Shown piece after piece: positions 60,103-64,000 of a stretch of 64,000 nucleotides of DNA (position 1 is its first letter; each line of letters opens with the position of its first letter). The translations under genes were made by a program, and so were the position numbers. The notes under the pieces are model-generated. The model saw only the letters and a list, made by a program, of their open reading frames with translations, was not told where the DNA came from and made no database searches. Origin of the DNA: Syncephalis fuscata S228 (Eukaryota; Fungi; Zoopagomycota); contig JAHLTZ010000027.1 in assembly GCA_025786725.1 (NCBI GenBank), positions 248,001 through 312,000 of the forward strand, given 5' to 3'.

Positions 60103-60462
60103 GTTGCAGTTGTAATTACAAAAGCTCCACTATAATAATTAATGCTAATAATCAACAAACAAACGTGGAAATGATCAAGGTTACAGCGAACAATGAGCTG
60201 AACCCACAATTGTTTATAGTCTTCAAAGGTTCTTGTGTTTCTTTAGGTAGATAACTTCAGTGTGCTTACTTAAATAGACAAGTAGTGGAAAAAGACATAA
60301 TGGAAATTAAATCGTGCTTTGACTCCCACATTATAAGTCCCCAAAGTAGAATTTGTTCCAATCAAGTTGTATTATTATGCATAGCATAGATATATTACTT
60401 TCTATTAAAATAATGTTAATAAATTAATTTAAATAAGTAATGTAACATATAATTTAATTTCT

Positions 60463-60952
60463 TTGAAACATTTGAGGTCGAGCATTATTGTTGTGGCTAT
60501 GTGTAGAAAGATTGATCGAATATTAATAGAAGCCATATAATTACGATTCCATGTCATTCTGCATTTGTTGTTATTATATCTATGTACAGCATGGATTATT
60601 GCATCTGAATGGTCTGTTTTATTTTCTACTATTCTACTATTGCATTTTGGACATATTTGTGATGTAAGATCAAGATTAATATAATTATTATAAAAGTCGT
60701 TTATTAAACAGTCATTTCCTCTATAGCCAATCTGACTAAATAAATGACAATATATATATTAAAGCAATAATAAAAATAACTAATTAATTACATTATTATA
60801 CTGATAATTACACATGAATTGATTAATGTTGGATGTAATATTATACATGGAATAGTAATGAATGGGTGTTTAATTGTATTTAAAAGTGTTGAGGAGTGAA
60901 ATAGATAAATAAAAATGTGAGAGTCAAAGTACAGTAGCTTCAATTATTTATA
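60463..60952 (+). repeat. Old, diverged and internally deleted copy of repeat module 2
   Basis: ttgaaacatttgagg.cga.cattattg...ttgcattttgg.catattt...atgtaagat (60463-60670) and aaaaatgtg.g.g.caaa.tacagtagcttc (~60911-60941) match 24178-24385 and 24786-24814. Confidence 0.75.
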
Positions 60953-61341
60953 AATAATAAATAAATTAATAATACTGAATGATATACATCATGCTATATC
61001 GTAGAAATGCTATTTAAATAACAATGAAATATTATTAGTGAAAAGATTAATGCTTTACTCAAATATAAATAATCATGCGTGTATTTATATTGAGCGCGCG
61101 TTGCACATATTTAAATATGAGAATATTCGATATTTTAAAAGCACGTTGCCAGTCGGACTTTCAGTCTAATTTGTGGTAGTACCATTTGCTACTATCTGAA
61201 TTCAGTCAGATGATCAGACATGGTTTTTTCTCTTATTGTTTAATAATATCGTCGTTTTTTGATTGCACGGACTTGCACTTTTGTGCGTTTGCCACTTTAT
61301 TTGTCACAGAACTATTTGTCTAAACAATAGAAAGGCTTAGT

Positions 61342-63016
61342 ATGGATGAATTGTTTTCTAAGTTTACTGTTGACGCAATATCGTCAGTAGGCTGGGCTAT
61401 TCTTGGTGCTGCTAGCTGTATCACTGTGGTAAGTATATGCTTTTAGCTTATGTTTTTGTTAGTCTATTTTACTTAATAATGTTTATTTGTTATAGCAAAA
61501 AATCAACAATTATCTAAAACATGGCCAGCGACATTGTTCTCGAAGGTATCGTTATAATGATGCTACAGACGATTTATTGCTTTTACGGGATCGTTTTGAA
61601 ATTAAGTTAAAAATTGTTACACCTGCCATTGATTTGGTGGAGATTATTGCTGCTCGTGGCAATACAGCACTTGCATCTGTCCTTGAATTAACTACCGCAT
61701 TAAGGCGGGATATGGATCGATTTGCTATCCGATTAGACGCGGATATAGCCAAGTTGCATGCCGGAAGAAGAAGAAACGCAAATGCGAAAGAACACGCAGA
61801 GGCACAAGCAGTGTCGGCAACATGCTTAACGCAAGAACTTAAAGCACTATTTGCTCGTATCGAAGATACTGTGCCATTCCTTAATTTGGCACTGACTACT
61901 TCTGGTGCGAATTTGGGTACAAGTTTGCCTACAAGTGTATCGCCATCACGTTTAATGCAAGCTTCATCGGCATTGGCTGACTGTGCACGTCGTTTTAACA
62001 GCAAAAATGGGCTAAGTGAAGAATTAGTAGGATTTAAATTTAATTTGCAATTATATAGAGTGTTCCATGGCTCAATTCGGTCAAGATCGTGTAAAGATTG
62101 GACATGGGTCATGGAAATGGCTCGATGCACTGGACGTGTAGCACGCGTTCCAGGTGGAGAGGCTGCGGCTGCAGCTTCATCAGATCCGGATAATGTACTT
62201 GTCAGTACAAGTGACGGTCTTGAATTTGTCTACGATCTAGTGCTTGAAGAAGACTTTAACGACGGTCTTTATCACGAAGAAATTGCCGACAAAGAAGACG
62301 GTGTAGATGCAGGCGAAATACGTGGTCGTGAATGGCGTATTGCTGTTGAAGAAGTTGAGCGGCTTTATTACAGCTCTTCTGGACGTTTGTTAAATATCGA
62401 AGGGGCCAAACACCCAGTGCTTGTATTCAAGGTTGTACGTGGTGCTGGTCGATTAAGGTCGATTGAGCCTGTTCGTCCAAGTACACCGCCGCCACGTGGA
62501 TCGTCAGCCGATAATGCCGATGTCGATTGGTTTGCTATTGAGCTTTATCAAGAAGGCGATATGGTTGGCGATGTTTCCGACGAAGAGGATGAAGAGGAAG
62601 AGGACGCCATAGAGGACGAAGGCAGCGAAACCATATCGTTAACCGACAAATCTCAGTCTAATAATACAGATACCGCTTCTACTAATAACAAAAAGCAAAA
62701 TGATCCATCTCCTTTCTTGTTAGGCTCACCCGCCCCACTACCAATCGATGAAGCATCTAAGCCTACAGCAGCAGCCATGATTGGCACACTCAGTCTACTT
62801 GAATTTGTTGTTAGATTAAGTGCACTTGAAGTATGTTTACAACGATCGCATTTAGAAGCACCCGATGAAATGATCAATCTATTCCTTAAAGACGACCAAA
62901 TGTCAAAGGATAGTGTTGATATCGATGTGGCTGCGTCAAATGCCACATCTATCAACATTTTTACTGTTATTGCTATTGCTGTGTTTATTCTGATAATGTA
63001 CATTAAATTTAATTAA
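61342..63016 (+). CDS. RanGTP-binding protein (Yrb30-like), 2 exons
   Basis: MDELFSK, intron, then KIVTPAIDLVEIIAARGNTAL, RIEDTVPFLNLALTTSGANL, VSPSRLMQAS, EDFNDGLYH, TLSLLEFVVRLSALE. Confidence 0.9.
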
Positions 63017-63481
63017 ATACAATCAATTACATTATCAGCACGTATTAATAAAATTCTTAAATATTAAATTGTTAACCAAATGATAATGTTGATATAGTCA
63101 CATTAATATAGCTGCCTAGCTAATAAAGCATATATTACAAGCTTATTGTTAGTATATTTACTTGGTTGTTATTTGCTAGGCATTAAATTTAAATAAACTT
63201 GATTATAACTATACTAGTTTAGTTACATATGTTTAAAATAAAATTGTTCGTTTATTGCTAAAAACTTTTATAGCTGAATAAGTACAACTGAGTGTAGACT
63301 TGTTGCAGACATAACAATCCCATTGAATAAAGAATGAATAAATCAAAATATTGATTGAAAATCGATATTTAAATAAACTAGTCGGCAATTGTTGGATGAT
63401 CTTGATTTTTACCAAAGATATACCTAAAATATATTAAACTGGTAGTCAGATTACGCTAAAATCCCCGTTTTTCTTATCAAA

Positions 63482-64000
63482 TTATCCTTTTATATTTGTA
63501 GATACATACGATAAACGTTACATAGTTAATATTCAGGTTATCAATAACTTTTTTTACTTACAATCTGTTAATATCATAGTGCACACAGTAGACAGTATAT
63601 AGTTGGTTCATGTTTGATTAATATATAATTCCACTTACCCTCTATTAATAGCAAGTTATTAAGCACGCATAACACAAAGTATATATTTACCACATAGTCA
63701 ATTAGTATACAAAGCCATTTACTCCCTATTAGCGCAAACTATTAAACATATGCAGTGTATGATGTGTGTTTAAAGTATAGTTGATTAATCTACAATTTTA
63801 CTTACAAGCTAATAGTATTAATTTATTAGTAAACACACAATTCATATTATTTAATTAGTACGTAATTAATTGATTTATAGTATTACTTACGGTCGATTAA
63901 TATTAAGCTGTTGGAACAAACAGTACATACCATTTAATTAGTGCATAATTAACTGCTTTATAATATTGTTTACCAGCTATTGAGAATAAGTTATTGCTAC
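63482..64000 (-). CDS. 3' end of a second microexon gene (runs off the window); one acceptor is mutated, so it may be degenerate
   Basis: 3-nt exons spaced 77-85 bp apart: CTG 63974-76, ACC 63891-93 (acceptor TCG), CTT 63806-08, GGA 63723-25, AGG 63639-41, ATT 63562-64. Terminal exon aag|GATAA at 63486. 3'UTR 63310-63450 resembles 35811-35960. Confidence 0.75.

Noticed and set aside
61552-63003. Antisense ORFs over YRB30-like (similar ones lie over myosin, MFS and ALE1)
   Set aside because: Opposite-strand shadows of well-supported coding exons.
1-64000. tRNA, rRNA or autonomous transposon genes
   Set aside because: None recognised by eye; a covariance-model scan would be needed to exclude small RNAs.

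Overview
Eukaryotic, AT-rich, intron-dense fungal DNA with short GT(GC)-AG introns. Gene style suggests an early-diverging fungus such as a Zoopagomycota mycoparasite; this is inference, not tested. About 21 ordinary genes are present, including an MFS transporter, NDUFB10, a PLC-like phosphodiesterase, two kinases, ALE1, epsilon-COP, GGTase-I beta, EI24, myosin V, DSK2-like, NIC96, a SEC4-like Rab, HOP2, PRP38, a nucleoside hydrolase, a CoA-binding protein, PEX22-like and YRB30-like genes. The main finding is at 35991-38676 (-). What looks like an ~81-bp AT-rich minisatellite is an array of 32 near-identical phase-1 introns separating 31 microexons of 3 nt (28) or 6 nt (3). Spliced by hand onto a signal-peptide exon, they give an uninterrupted 66-aa secreted precursor: MKLSIAVVCTVVVALIATTAIVDANPALVRR | AGGSEECRVCLENCKKNGWSAFWCHTWSTCSRACA*. 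The mature peptide has 6 Cys and is built at roughly one codon per exon. A second family member enters at the right window edge (63482-64000). Degenerate 3' ends of further members sit inside a dispersed, near-identical repeat family (16.3-17.9, 22.5-24.9 and 40.5-41.9 kb; related modules at 34.5-35.2 and 60.5-61.0 kb). A long-TIR MITE-like element is also present. Several single-base frameshifts in short homopolymers look like assembly errors. All splicing and alignments were done by eye; no RNA evidence was available.
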